From Leptospirales bacterium (GTDB lineage: Bacteria > Spirochaetota > Leptospiria > Turneriellales > JAOUFE01): a stretch of DNA of 45,661 bases. This document shows positions 30,709 to 40,661 of the stretch, in pieces. The translations under genes and the position numbers were made by a program. Position 1 is the first letter of the stretch. The number at the start of each line of letters is the position of its first letter. The stretch lies in contig JBEQLE010000026.1 of assembly GCA_040326155.1 (NCBI GenBank), forward strand, positions 1-45,661, written 5' to 3'. Under the pieces are notes generated by a model. It was not told the DNA's origin. It did no database searches and saw only the letters and a program-made list of their open reading frames with translations.

Positions 30709-33582
30709 TTACTCTTTTATGTAGAACTTTTCTTTGATCGGTTTCAAAGGACGGTTCATCCAGAGGGGCCGGCGAAGACCTTCGGGTCCGGGCGCGGGTC
30801 TGGTTTTTGCCAGCCACTCTTTGTATACTGCCATTGATTTTTCTGTGTCAACCACTACGTCTGCGTAGCGATCTTCCGGTTGAGCTTTTTCGACTGTAAC
30901 TTTCTGGTGCCAACAGTGAGCTCCGCTAATCGGGTCGGGGTGAACCGCGTGAATGGCGTTCTGGTGAACTCCCCCGTCGCTCCAGTAAATTCGTTGCGAG
31001 TCTTTATCGCTCGACTTGTAAGGGCGGACCCCTTCTATTTGCCTCATTTTATAAAGGCTTCCCTCTTTTTGAATGTCTACAAGACTGGTGGCCCACTTAT
31101 TTGCCGACGGATCGCCCAATCGCCTCCAGCGACCAATGTGGTGTGAACAAGCGACAACGCCCGGTTTTATACCTTCGCACACCCATGCTTTATTAACAAA
31201 GTATCCGATGTCGCTGGTAACGCGTATTAAGTCCCCGGTTTTTACACCGAGAGTTGCGGCGTCTGATGTGTGAATCCAGACGGGGTTTTTATGCGCCAGC
31301 TCGACCAGCCATTTTGCGTTGGCCGAACGGGAGTGAATTAAATTGGGAAGGCGAAATGTCGGCAATAAAGCAAACTCGTTTTTTGCACGGTCAATTTTGT
31401 CTTCATGTATATGACTTTTCAAATAGCCCGGCAAGCGGTATTCAGGCCATTTCCAGTCTACCATCGTCTGAGAAAAAAGTTCCTGCTTACGAGAGGGAGT
31501 TGGAAAACCATGTACCGGTTTACCGTTGATCATGACACCAACGGCAGCGCCATCTTTCTGAATGACCCCTGAAGTTTCATCCACCTCTGTGCCCTCCAGA
31601 GAGACTTCTTTCATATGATGCAACGTCGTATCTTTTTCAACTTCGTAGACGCCGTACTTTTTCATATACTCCAGCGGTTGAAGATCTTCTTTCGCGGCCT
31701 TCTCTTTTAGACCTTTTAATTTTTCAAAAGAATATTGATAATACTCGTCAATGGTTATTTTTTTTCCTTCTCGATAAGGCGATATAAAATGTTTGCGAAT
31801 ACCTAGAGACTCATCGTTGTCGATCTTCCATGAAAGTTCAATCCAGAATTCGTCTTCTTCCCAGACTTCCCCCGGATTCGTTTCATACGTAAACTCAACT
31901 TTTTTACCCATCTTCTCAGCCGCAGCTCGTAAAACTGGCTGGCGAAAACCAACCCACTTGCCCATGTAGGTTTCATACGAAATCCAGTCATGTCGCTCAG
32001 ATGAATGACCCATGGGTAATACATAATCGGCATAAAAAGCTGTCTCGTTCCAGGTCGGGGTCAAAGCCACATGAAGACCAATTTTCGACTCGTCTTTTAG
32101 AGCTTCCATCCAGGTAAAACCGTCGGGGTAAGTCCACACCGGGTTAAACACTCTTGTAAAATAGACGTCGAGTTTATTGCGACCCTCTTTCAGCATATGT
32201 GGCAAAAGAAAACTCATCTCGTAATGAGACAAAGGATATTCTTTAGGAAAATGTAGTTCGTTCCAGAAAGTATGCGCCGGCGGTGAGTTAAAAACCTGCG
32301 GTTTCTGTTTTTGCCATGCGCTCGGGGAAGTTCCACCTTCGGTGCCAACGGCCCCCGTTAAAACACTTAAAAAATGTAAGGCGCGAGCCGAAGCCCAGCC
32401 CCCTTCATTACCCATTGTGGCGGCGCGCCAGGTATGGGCAGAAAAACGGGTTCCCGCTCGACCAATTTCCCGGGCAACTTCCACGACCATTTCGGCAGAT
32501 AAACCGCACTCTTTCGAGGCAAACTCAGGTGTAAATTCCTGGTAATGATCAATTAACGATGCAATAAAATTCTCAAAACTTTCTTCTTTAGAAGTACTGT
32601 CTTTTGGTACTTCTATTTTCAATTCTTTTTGTACATAGTCCGACCAGTTCACCCAGTTTCGCAGAAACTCTTCATTGTATAATTTCTCTTGTAAAATAAT
32701 TCGGGCCATGGTCAAAAACAAAGCCGCCTCGGTACCAGGGTAAGTGGTCATCCAGTAATCGGCCATACTCGCGGTGTTCGACAGACGTGGGTCGATAACG
32801 GCTATTTTCGTACCCTTCATTTTTGCTTCCATTATGCGCTGCGCATGGGGGTTAAAATAGTGACCGGACTCCAGATGAGCGCTCATAAGCAAAATAAAAT
32901 CTGCGTTGGCATGGTCTGGCGAAGGGCGGTCATAACCATGCCATATGGCATAGCCAAAACGAGCTCCCGCTGAACAAATATTTGTATGAGAATTATGACC
33001 GTCGACTCCCCAGGCGTTTAAAACCCGTTCCATGTAACCTTCATGACCGGGACGACCCACATGGTAGGCAACTTCATTATTTCGCTCTTCTTTCAGGGCC
33101 TTTCGAAGACGCCCCGAAATATCTTCCAAAGCCTCTTCCCAGGAAACCCGTTCCCACTCGCCACTGCCGCGTTCCCCTTTTCTTTTCATGGGGTACATTA
33201 TACGATCAGGGTCTTGTATCTGGTTTATCGTCGCCGGACCTTTAGCACAATTTCTACCACGACTGCTGGGATGATGAGGATTACCTTCGAATTTTCGAAC
33301 CTGCATTGTATCTTTATCGATGTATGCGAGAAGTCCACAACCGGCCTCACAGTTAAAACAATTGGTCGGTACAATCATGTACTTCTTTTTATCTTTTCTG
33401 GGCCAACTGGTAGACTCATACTCTTCCCAGTGATCCCATTTTTCAACAGGTGGAAATCCACTGAGGTCTGCTGTAGAATTTTCAGGCAAATCGTTTTGAC
33501 CGGGACCATGCAGTTTTGGTATAATCTTCAACGATTCGGCGATTTTTTCTATGATGGATGGTTTGTAATGGGGTGATGCCAT
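30709..33582 (-). CDS. Molybdopterin-dependent oxidoreductase catalytic subunit (DMSO reductase superfamily), no Tat signal seen
   Basis: CFNCEAGC...C 4Fe-4S motif, R..YPMKR.G.RG.G.W..VSW.EAL, HTNICS, DPRLS.TA..AD, ETA.YAD.VLP, C-terminal molydop_binding domain. Confidence 0.93.
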   Translation of the reverse strand: MASPHYKPSIIEKIAESLKIIPKLHGPGQNDLPENSTADLSGFPPVEKWDHWEEYESTSWPRKDKKKYMIVPTNCFNCEAGCGLLAYIDKDTMQVRKFEGNPHHPSSRGRNCAKGPATINQIQDPDRIMYPMKRKGERGSGEWERVSWEEALEDISGRLRKALKEERNNEVAYHVGRPGHEGYMERVLNAWGVDGHNSHTNICSAGARFGYAIWHGYDRPSPDHANADFILLMSAHLESGHYFNPHAQRIMEAKMKGTKIAVIDPRLSNTASMADYWMTTYPGTEAALFLTMARIILQEKLYNEEFLRNWVNWSDYVQKELKIEVPKDSTSKEESFENFIASLIDHYQEFTPEFASKECGLSAEMVVEVAREIGRAGTRFSAHTWRAATMGNEGGWASARALHFLSVLTGAVGTEGGTSPSAWQKQKPQVFNSPPAHTFWNELHFPKEYPLSHYEMSFLLPHMLKEGRNKLDVYFTRVFNPVWTYPDGFTWMEALKDESKIGLHVALTPTWNETAFYADYVLPMGHSSERHDWISYETYMGKWVGFRQPVLRAAAEKMGKKVEFTYETNPGEVWEEDEFWIELSWKIDNDESLGIRKHFISPYREGKKITIDEYYQYSFEKLKGLKEKAAKEDLQPLEYMKKYGVYEVEKDTTLHHMKEVSLEGTEVDETSGVIQKDGAAVGVMINGKPVHGFPTPSRKQELFSQTMVDWKWPEYRLPGYLKSHIHEDKIDRAKNEFALLPTFRLPNLIHSRSANAKWLVELAHKNPVWIHTSDAATLGVKTGDLIRVTSDIGYFVNKAWVCEGIKPGVVACSHHIGRWRRLGDPSANKWATSLVDIQKEGSLYKMRQIEGVRPYKSSDKDSQRIYWSDGGVHQNAIHAVHPDPISGAHCWHQKVTVEKAQPEDRYADVVVDTEKSMAVYKEWLAKTRPAPGPEGLRRPLWMNRPLKPIKEKFYIKE

Positions 33583-33615
33583 AATTATTTCCTTCTTATT
33601 ATTATCTCAATTATC

Positions 33616-35202
33616 TCAACTTCCGGCGATCAGTTGCGGGGCCTTAATCCAGATATGTTCGTTTATGTAAAACCCAACCAGGGCCAAAGCTCCGGCAAGG
33701 GGCAAGACAATCGGTAATAAAGCAACAGGCGCCTGCCATAAAATTCCTGCGGGTATAAGATTTCCTAAAAGAATTACACCAACAAAAAAGACCGCTCCGA
33801 ATCTTTTCCCGGTAATCATCTTCACGGTAAGTTTCGCATCCGAGGTCGGGTGAGACATGGTAATTTCGGCCAGCAATATAGCCAGGTTAAAAAGGAGCGA
33901 AAGACCAAAAACAGTTTTTACAAGGTCGAGAAAACCGGGGTTTATAGTTACAAGCAAACTCGCCACCAGAAAAAAGGAAGAACCAGCCAGCGCGCTCTGC
34001 ACTGCCATATGTATGGGCAGCAATGAACTTTGCCAGAAATCAATTCCTTTCGCCTGGGCGAGTAAAAAAGCCGTATAGATAGCCAGAAATCCACCGGAAA
34101 TTAGAGCTCCCCAAAGAGCTACAGTTTCAACCATAGGTATTTGCAGGTAGTTACCGGCCATCCAAAGAGCGATAAAAAACCCGAAAGAGGCAATAATAAG
34201 CCCTCCCCGCGTTAACCAGGAAGAGTATTGAGGCCGCAAAAATATATAAGCAAACCGGGAAGGTTTATCAAGATCTTTTACCAGAGCCGCCGAAGTCAAT
34301 ACGACAAAGCCAAGAGCCGAACTCGCACTAAACCAGGCAACACCCTCAGAAACTTCCGAAAGAGAAAACAGTGAAGCGACCGCAGTTAAAACAAACACTC
34401 CAGCGGCAATCGCCTTGGTCCAAAGATAAGCGGGAAGCTCCCATCCCCATAAAATTCCTTTCGAGGGGACATCGTGGGTTCTTCGAGACTGCCCTTCTAG
34501 CAATTTCTGACTCTCACCAGCTCCGTCCAAAACCGGAACAGAAGCAGATTCAGAACCTGTACGTTTCTCATTATATTTTGCATAATGACCGACACCACCA
34601 GCTTGTTCAGTCTGCTGGTATTGACGAGATGGCGGCGCAGCCATAGGATTTAACGAAGCCGCGTCACCTTGAATATAAAACAGTTTGGGAATAGTCCCTT
34701 TTTCCACTTTTCGGGCCTGAACCTGCTCACGACCAATCGTTTTGCTGATGGTCGAATCGGGGTTTTCCAGGTCGCCTGCAAGTATGGCCTGCTCGGGGCA
34801 AACATTCACACACGCGGGGTTCAACCCGGCATCAATTCGATGAGCGCAAAAATTACACTTCGCAGCGGTATCGGTATCGGGGTTTATATAAATAGAGTCA
34901 TAAGGACAGGCCAACGTACACGATTTACAACCGATGCAACGCTCCTGGTTAAAGTCGACAATACCGTCTTCCCGATTAAATAGAGCGCCAACAGGACAAA
35001 TTTTTACACAAGGGGCGTCGTCACAGTGGTTGCACCTCATGACAGTAAAAAACCGGCGGGAATTCGGGTACGTTCCGCGTTCCACATATTTTACCCATGT
35101 TCGGTTTACCCCAATGGGCACACTGTGTTCCGATTTACAAGCCACTGTGCAAGCGTGGCACCCAATGCATTTTCTATGATCTATCAGAAATCCGTAATTC
35201 AC
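33616..35202 (-). CDS. 4Fe-4S dicluster (NrfC/PsrB-like) fused to an NrfD/PsrC membrane anchor
   Basis: CIGCHACTVAC, CNHC...PC..ICP, CIGC.SC..ACPY, KCNFC.HR; C-terminal WGW..P.YL, DL..P.RF, SW..RG and multi-TM region; GTG start. Confidence 0.92.
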   Translation of the reverse strand: MNYGFLIDHRKCIGCHACTVACKSEHSVPIGVNRTWVKYVERGTYPNSRRFFTVMRCNHCDDAPCVKICPVGALFNREDGIVDFNQERCIGCKSCTLACPYDSIYINPDTDTAAKCNFCAHRIDAGLNPACVNVCPEQAILAGDLENPDSTISKTIGREQVQARKVEKGTIPKLFYIQGDAASLNPMAAPPSRQYQQTEQAGGVGHYAKYNEKRTGSESASVPVLDGAGESQKLLEGQSRRTHDVPSKGILWGWELPAYLWTKAIAAGVFVLTAVASLFSLSEVSEGVAWFSASSALGFVVLTSAALVKDLDKPSRFAYIFLRPQYSSWLTRGGLIIASFGFFIALWMAGNYLQIPMVETVALWGALISGGFLAIYTAFLLAQAKGIDFWQSSLLPIHMAVQSALAGSSFFLVASLLVTINPGFLDLVKTVFGLSLLFNLAILLAEITMSHPTSDAKLTVKMITGKRFGAVFFVGVILLGNLIPAGILWQAPVALLPIVLPLAGALALVGFYINEHIWIKAPQLIAGS

Positions 35203-35669
35203 GGCTTGTTCCTCTCATTATGTATTATTCTATTTCGTGGTTATATTTATTTGCTGCGATACAAATGCAACAAATATTAAATAAAATAATCTCATAATAT
35301 ACTAATATTCTTATACTAATATGGTTGGCGAAGCTGAGGAGGAAAAACGAGGCGTAAAGGTAACCACACCATCGGTACGCATTACGGTAGCAATCGAGGT
35401 ATTTCTGGGGTTTATTTTTAAAGTACTGTAGCCTCATTTTCGACAACAAGACGTATTATACCATTTTCTATTTTGGCGCGAGCATAGGGTGGGGATTTCG
35501 GTATTTATGGGGGAATTCCCTGGTCTGGATACTGCTGGTGTGGAAATCCACATGCGACGGCGGGCGCTCACGCGTTGGGGAAATCCACAATGTTGTTGCA
35601 CATGACGACTTGATTTTATCTGAAGTATTAAGGCTTGCAAGCCCCACTTGCCTGTGGCTTGAAGTCAGG

Positions 35670-35936
35670 CTAAGAGCTCAAATCTTCAATGCGCTTGAGA
35701 TATGCCTTTGCTGGAATATCTGCCGAATTAGCATCATAGACTTGTTGAAATAGAGCTTTTGCTTCGGTAAAATTTTCATCTACGAAGGCATCAACGGCTT
35801 TTTCAAAGCCTGACTTTGTGGCTTCTTTGTTTTTTTTGTTTTCTTCAGAATCTGCTTCATAGACTTCAAATATCTTTACTAGCTGGTTTTTCCCTTTTAC
35901 CTTAACAGTGTCTAATTTTCGATGAGCGAAAGCTGT
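35670..35936 (-). pseudogene. C-terminal remnant of a class III adenylate/guanylate cyclase
   Basis: Manual translation gives HRKLDTVKVKGKNQLVKIFEV...FTEAKALFQQV...AYLKRIEDLSS*. In-frame stop upstream and no start codon. Confidence 0.75.
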
Positions 35937-36115
35937 TTATTCTTTTCAAGATCTTTTTCAATCTGAGCTGAAGCCACTTTAGGAATGTAGACCGTTACCT
36001 TGTCAGAACCTGCCTCGCCCGTGATACCAAAACCAGGCTGTAGATCGTCTGAGCATGTGCCCACTGGTAAGGATATGGCGCCAGTGAAATGCTGTACTAA
36101 TTCTTCACTAATCAT
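35912..36115 (-). pseudogene. Short or truncated hypothetical ORF (possible N-terminal remnant)
   Basis: 67-aa ORF with a protein-like N-terminus that ends abruptly inside the cyclase remnant. Confidence 0.4.
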
Positions 36116-36179
36116 GTGACATTTTCTAGATGAATTTACTTAGTGCAATTATTTAGTATCTTTCACTTCTATAATTAAA

Positions 36180-36401
36180 CTATGGAAGATCACCTTTTAT
36201 TTTTCTAAAATTGATTGCAAAATTACGTCCTTCTTTAATGATTTCTTCAATGCTCATTCCTTCAAACAAAGTTTGTCTCCATTTTGTATAATCAAACCGA
36301 TTACAATTTATAATCGCGATGAAATGTTCCGCATCAACAGAATCCATATTATTAAAAAGTGCTTTAAAGCCTTCATGATATAATTCTTGTTCTGATTTCA
36401 T
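36180..36401 (-). CDS. Putative antitoxin (DYTKWR-type small protein usually paired with PIN toxins), orphan here
   Basis: G..AL...M..V.AE.FI......FDYT.WR..LF..MS.EE pattern, 73 aa; no PIN ORF adjacent. Confidence 0.6.
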   Translation of the reverse strand: MKSEQELYHEGFKALFNNMDSVDAEHFIAIINCNRFDYTKWRQTLFEGMSIEEIIKEGRNFAINFRKIKGDLP

Positions 36402-36633
36402 ATTTCTTCCGTTTCAAGTCAGAACGGCTCCGATCTGGAAGAGGGTTATTCTACAGTCTCGTTATACGCTGGAAAGAGTGCCTCTTTAGTATTTATTTAT
36501 AAATTTTGCCCTTTCCATTGCCGGAAATGAAAGTATTGATGTCGGTTCAGAGTAGCCAATATTAATAGTTAAGTGCAATAGCCATATGCATTTTTAGTGG
36601 TCTTTCTATAGGTTATTATCGATAGTTAAATTA

Positions 36634-37590
36634 ATGATAGAAATACTTGAGGTTTTAGCTGAAACATATCAAAAATCTACAAGAGAAGATTTTGTTTCAT
36701 TTATAAATCAGTACCCTGAGCAATTATCATGGCATTTAATCTCAGATTACTGCTTTGATGATTTAAATAAGCAGAATGATACGGCAACTTTCTCCGTACT
36801 ACTAAATCATGACAAGATTCCCACAATTTTGGATGCCATTAATAGTCATTCGCCAAAAGACTTAAAAAATACCCGAACTATAAATCCAAAGTTCCTAAAC
36901 TATATCAATTCAAAAGTGTTCTTCCATTTCACTTTTATTTTTGATAGAAAAGATTCATTTCTGAAAGATCTTGAAACAGATTCATTTGCCGCAAACACTG
37001 TTGATCAATTTATAATCCATTTGGGAAATTGGGAAAAGAATGTGCCAGAAGTAAAGGGCTATGTGGCTGCGGTAAAAAAGAGGCTTTCGTTACTTAAAAA
37101 TGATACTAAGAAAAAAAGTTTTAACCGAAAACTATTTAGAAAAATGTTTATTATAAGTTTACTATCTTCTTTCTTATGTCACGAACTAAATATTTTATCA
37201 AAACCGAAATATATTTCTTGGATTTCAGACCGTGATTCCATTATAAACTCTTTTGACGGTGTAACTTTTGATTTATCTTTTGTACTTATGTTACTTTTTG
37301 CACAAGATTATAACAATAACCATATTGAGAATCCAGTAAATCCACCAGTAATAAAATATATTTTACCAGAAGACGGGAAATCTAATTATTTAGATCCTTT
37401 GATTCGTATACCTGATTATTTAACAGGCACATTAGCTGATCTGGACATCTTAAAAAAGGAGTTTTCAAAAGATAAATATTATGATATATGTTTTTCATCT
37501 CTATTGGAAGCCCCAAATCACTCAATTATTTGGACTTCGAAAAACAAAAACACTTTAAGATACAGCACAAAAAGAATAAAAGTGATTTAA
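36634..37590 (+). CDS. AT-rich hypothetical protein, possibly RNase H-fold (DUF3800-like)
   Basis: 318-aa ORF; spaced acidic motifs ISDYC, WISDRD, IRIPDY..G..A. Confidence 0.6.
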   Translation: MIEILEVLAETYQKSTREDFVSFINQYPEQLSWHLISDYCFDDLNKQNDTATFSVLLNHDKIPTILDAINSHSPKDLKNTRTINPKFLNYINSKVFFHFTFIFDRKDSFLKDLETDSFAANTVDQFIIHLGNWEKNVPEVKGYVAAVKKRLSLLKNDTKKKSFNRKLFRKMFIISLLSSFLCHELNILSKPKYISWISDRDSIINSFDGVTFDLSFVLMLLFAQDYNNNHIENPVNPPVIKYILPEDGKSNYLDPLIRIPDYLTGTLADLDILKKEFSKDKYYDICFSSLLEAPNHSIIWTSKNKNTLRYSTKRIKVI

Positions 37591-37655
37591 TAAATATGCT
37601 ACCAAGTTGAACAAAGTCTATCTGTGCAGGAACGACTTAGCGCGCCTGCACTGCA

Positions 37656-37876
37656 CTATTTTATTATAGTTTTTATGAGTTGCGCGTTTTTTGTACTTAC
37701 TCGACCAAAAAATACATAATCCTTACATTTCGTTTTATCCCTGCATTTCTGACAAACCATTTTCTTATTAATCACTTGCGGTAGAAAGTCCATAATATCT
37801 TCTGCTGTTTTTGTCATAGGCTTACCGACAGCCCAGGCAATTCTTCTTAAAGTTGAACTCGATTTCATACTAAATT
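37656..37876 (-). repeat. Copy A of the repeated small Cys-motif gene (5'-truncated, inverted; ORF 37656-37868)
   Basis: Homologous to 41519-41755; encodes MKSSSTLRRIAWAVGKPMTKTAEDIMDFLPQVI...CQKCRDKTKC. Confidence 0.9.
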
Positions 37877-37971
37877 TCGAAAAGCGGAGAGGGAGCTTGG
37901 TTTAGGATTTTTTCGCAACAATCATACCTTTTCTGCTTGCCGAAATACATGGCTACCAGTATGTTGCGAAT

Positions 37972-40653
37972 ATGTCTGAATTCACACACACTCACAAGAG
38001 TGGGGGTGGAGAGAAAAACTCAACTACTAGAACTTCGACCAAAACAAACTCTTCCAACCAAGCTTCTAATAATATTCCGCATCAAAGGCCTTACAGTAAT
38101 CCTCGCGAATATATAATGTATTTGCAAAGAACTATAGGTAATCAAGCTGTAGGTCGATTGTGGCGATCCGGCGTTTTACAACGCAAACTCAACATAGGTC
38201 CGGCCAATGACAAGTATGAGCAGGAGGCAGACCACATTGCCGATCAAGTGGTCTCTATGAATGAACCCACTTCAGGTGTTCAGCAGAGTGATGCTACTAC
38301 AAATCCCCTTCCAAATGCAATATCCCGAAAGCCCTTGGTAAATGAAATAACACCGCTTCAAAGAAAACCATTGCAAAGGCAAACGGAAAAAATAGAGGAA
38401 GATGAAAACGTTCAAGGTAAACAGCTACAACGTCAAACAACAGAAAATAAAGGCCAGGAGACTTGTTCTACTTGTCAAAACGAATATAGTAACGCCAAAT
38501 TCCAAAGGCGAGCTGCCTTGGGTTCTACCCTCTGTCCGAATTGCAGATCATCCTGGATGCAAAAAATGATGACAAAACCCAACACTGCAACAGGACATGG
38601 CTCTGTTAGGATACCGCTCAATTCCTCTGTCCAACGGAAAGAATTGTCTACACCTGCCCCGTATGGGATTGAATCTGCGATTAATTCGACCAGAAACGGT
38701 GGAAAATCTCTTTCACAAAATGAGCGTTCCTATTTTGAACCACGGTTTGGTACAAGCTTTGCCAATGTACGTTTACATACGGATTCAAATGCCTCTCAAC
38801 TTTCACGCTCCGTAAATGCACGTGCATTTACTACGAGGAATAATATATATTTTGGAGCTGGAGAATACTCCCCTAATAGTATTCAGGGTAAACGGTTAAT
38901 GGCTCATGAGTTGACACATACTGTGCAGCAAAGAGGTCATCAAGGGAGTATGAACGAAGTAAAAGGAGTTTTACTTAGAAAACCAAGCCCTTTATTAAAT
39001 TATGACACGCTCGCTCAAAAAATTTACGATGCGATATCCGGATTTGGAACCGATGAAGAACAGGTTTATCGAGCACTTGGTAGACTAAATAGGGATCCAG
39101 GAAAAATTGCTAAGTTAAAAAAAATATACAAAAATAAATACAGCGAAAGTCTTATCAGTGCAATCCAGGGTGATTTCAGCGGTACTGAACTGGAATATGC
39201 GTTACAGTTACTGAATAAGGGTAAATCTGCCACTCCGCAGGCAATAAAAGCAGCCCCTGGCAATAAAGATGAGTACACCCTTGCAGCAAACAGAATCCGT
39301 AAAGCTGTAGAAGGAGTCGGTACAGATGAAGAAGCTATCTTTGCAGTTTTGATTTCTCTTACACGACTAAACAAACCCCTTACAAAATTATCCTATAGAT
39401 ATTATGATCTATACCATGAGAATATGCGTGAGCGCATTGGCAGTGAACTTAGTGGTTCAGAAAAAGCGTATGCATTCTACTTATTAAATGAAAGTGATTT
39501 AGCCAAACAAGGAACATTGGCTATTTTGCAGTATATAAAATCCGAAGCAGAAAAGCAGGCAAAAAACTCCCCCCTAACCATCGATCCGTCATCCAAATTC
39601 TATAAAGAGTTAAAAAATGTTTACTTAAAAGATTACTTGGCAAATCCTTCGCAAGCGACGGGCAAAAAAGGGGTTAAAAATATTGGACGACAGCTTGAAG
39701 GACGATTCAATCCAAAGAATTCCAATCAGGTTGATGTAAGACCTGAAAATGGAAAATGGCGACCCGCTGAAAACAAATGGGAAAAAGGCGGTTTTTTATA
39801 TTGGAACAAACAGAAAGTTCCCGAGATACCGTCGGCACTACGAGATCTTCCGATTTTTAAAAATATAATAACTCTTCCGCCGGAACTGGCCGCCGGTACA
39901 GATGTACTCATTAAAGAAAAAAGTACCCGAGTTCCATTTATTGATGTACCTTTTTTACTTGGCGTAGGCAATGCAAACACAACAACTCTTGTTGCTGATG
40001 TCGTAGGGGGCGGTACAAATATATCCCAACTGATGCACTGGGCTACCGGCGTCAAGTATTCAGATAACTCGCCTGAAGCCATGCGTGAGCTGTTTCTGGC
40101 ATATGAAATATGGCACTTGGAAGCGTGGGATGTTTTTGGTCAAGATCCTTTAAACGATATGATAGCAGAAGAACAAGGACGATTGCTCGGTACGGAACTT
40201 AGGAAAGGTAAAAAAGGCTCAATTAAAAAAGAAGCCGATCTGCTCCCTTTTCTAGATCGTTCTTTTCGTGAAGCCCGAGCGTGGGTAGGATCACTACTAA
40301 AGTTACGTAAAAACGAACTTGACAATTGGATAACAGCTATAGATCAAAAACGGGCAGTTATTCATTGGAATGAAAATGTCAAATATGAGATCTGGCCGGA
40401 AACATCGTACCAAAAGCTGGCAAAAGGAACGACGTTAGACGATGTTAAGAAGTCCAGTTTGGTAGAATCACAGATAGAAATTTACCGCCTTATTTTTGAA
40501 GCACAAAACTGGGAGAAAGCCAACGGGAAAATAAACATTACCCCATTACAAAAGGCATTGGTTGAAGGAAAACTCAATTCCATATTCATAGCAATGGCTA
40601 ACAATAAACCCCTGACCACGATGGAAAAGTTAATTATATACAATGATTTATAG
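37972..40653 (+). CDS. eCIS-type polymorphic toxin/effector: LQRxxGN leader, DUF4157 domain, two annexin repeats, unknown C-terminal domain
   Basis: LQRTIGNQAV, D.YEQEAD..AD.V, FEPRFG..F..VR.HTD...ARAFT....I.F..G.Y.P......AHELTH.VQQ, G.GTDEE twice. Confidence 0.88.
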   Translation: MSEFTHTHKSGGGEKNSTTRTSTKTNSSNQASNNIPHQRPYSNPREYIMYLQRTIGNQAVGRLWRSGVLQRKLNIGPANDKYEQEADHIADQVVSMNEPTSGVQQSDATTNPLPNAISRKPLVNEITPLQRKPLQRQTEKIEEDENVQGKQLQRQTTENKGQETCSTCQNEYSNAKFQRRAALGSTLCPNCRSSWMQKMMTKPNTATGHGSVRIPLNSSVQRKELSTPAPYGIESAINSTRNGGKSLSQNERSYFEPRFGTSFANVRLHTDSNASQLSRSVNARAFTTRNNIYFGAGEYSPNSIQGKRLMAHELTHTVQQRGHQGSMNEVKGVLLRKPSPLLNYDTLAQKIYDAISGFGTDEEQVYRALGRLNRDPGKIAKLKKIYKNKYSESLISAIQGDFSGTELEYALQLLNKGKSATPQAIKAAPGNKDEYTLAANRIRKAVEGVGTDEEAIFAVLISLTRLNKPLTKLSYRYYDLYHENMRERIGSELSGSEKAYAFYLLNESDLAKQGTLAILQYIKSEAEKQAKNSPLTIDPSSKFYKELKNVYLKDYLANPSQATGKKGVKNIGRQLEGRFNPKNSNQVDVRPENGKWRPAENKWEKGGFLYWNKQKVPEIPSALRDLPIFKNIITLPPELAAGTDVLIKEKSTRVPFIDVPFLLGVGNANTTTLVADVVGGGTNISQLMHWATGVKYSDNSPEAMRELFLAYEIWHLEAWDVFGQDPLNDMIAEEQGRLLGTELRKGKKGSIKKEADLLPFLDRSFREARAWVGSLLKLRKNELDNWITAIDQKRAVIHWNENVKYEIWPETSYQKLAKGTTLDDVKKSSLVESQIEIYRLIFEAQNWEKANGKINITPLQKALVEGKLNSIFIAMANNKPLTTMEKLIIYNDL

Positions 40654-40661
40654 GATTTATA

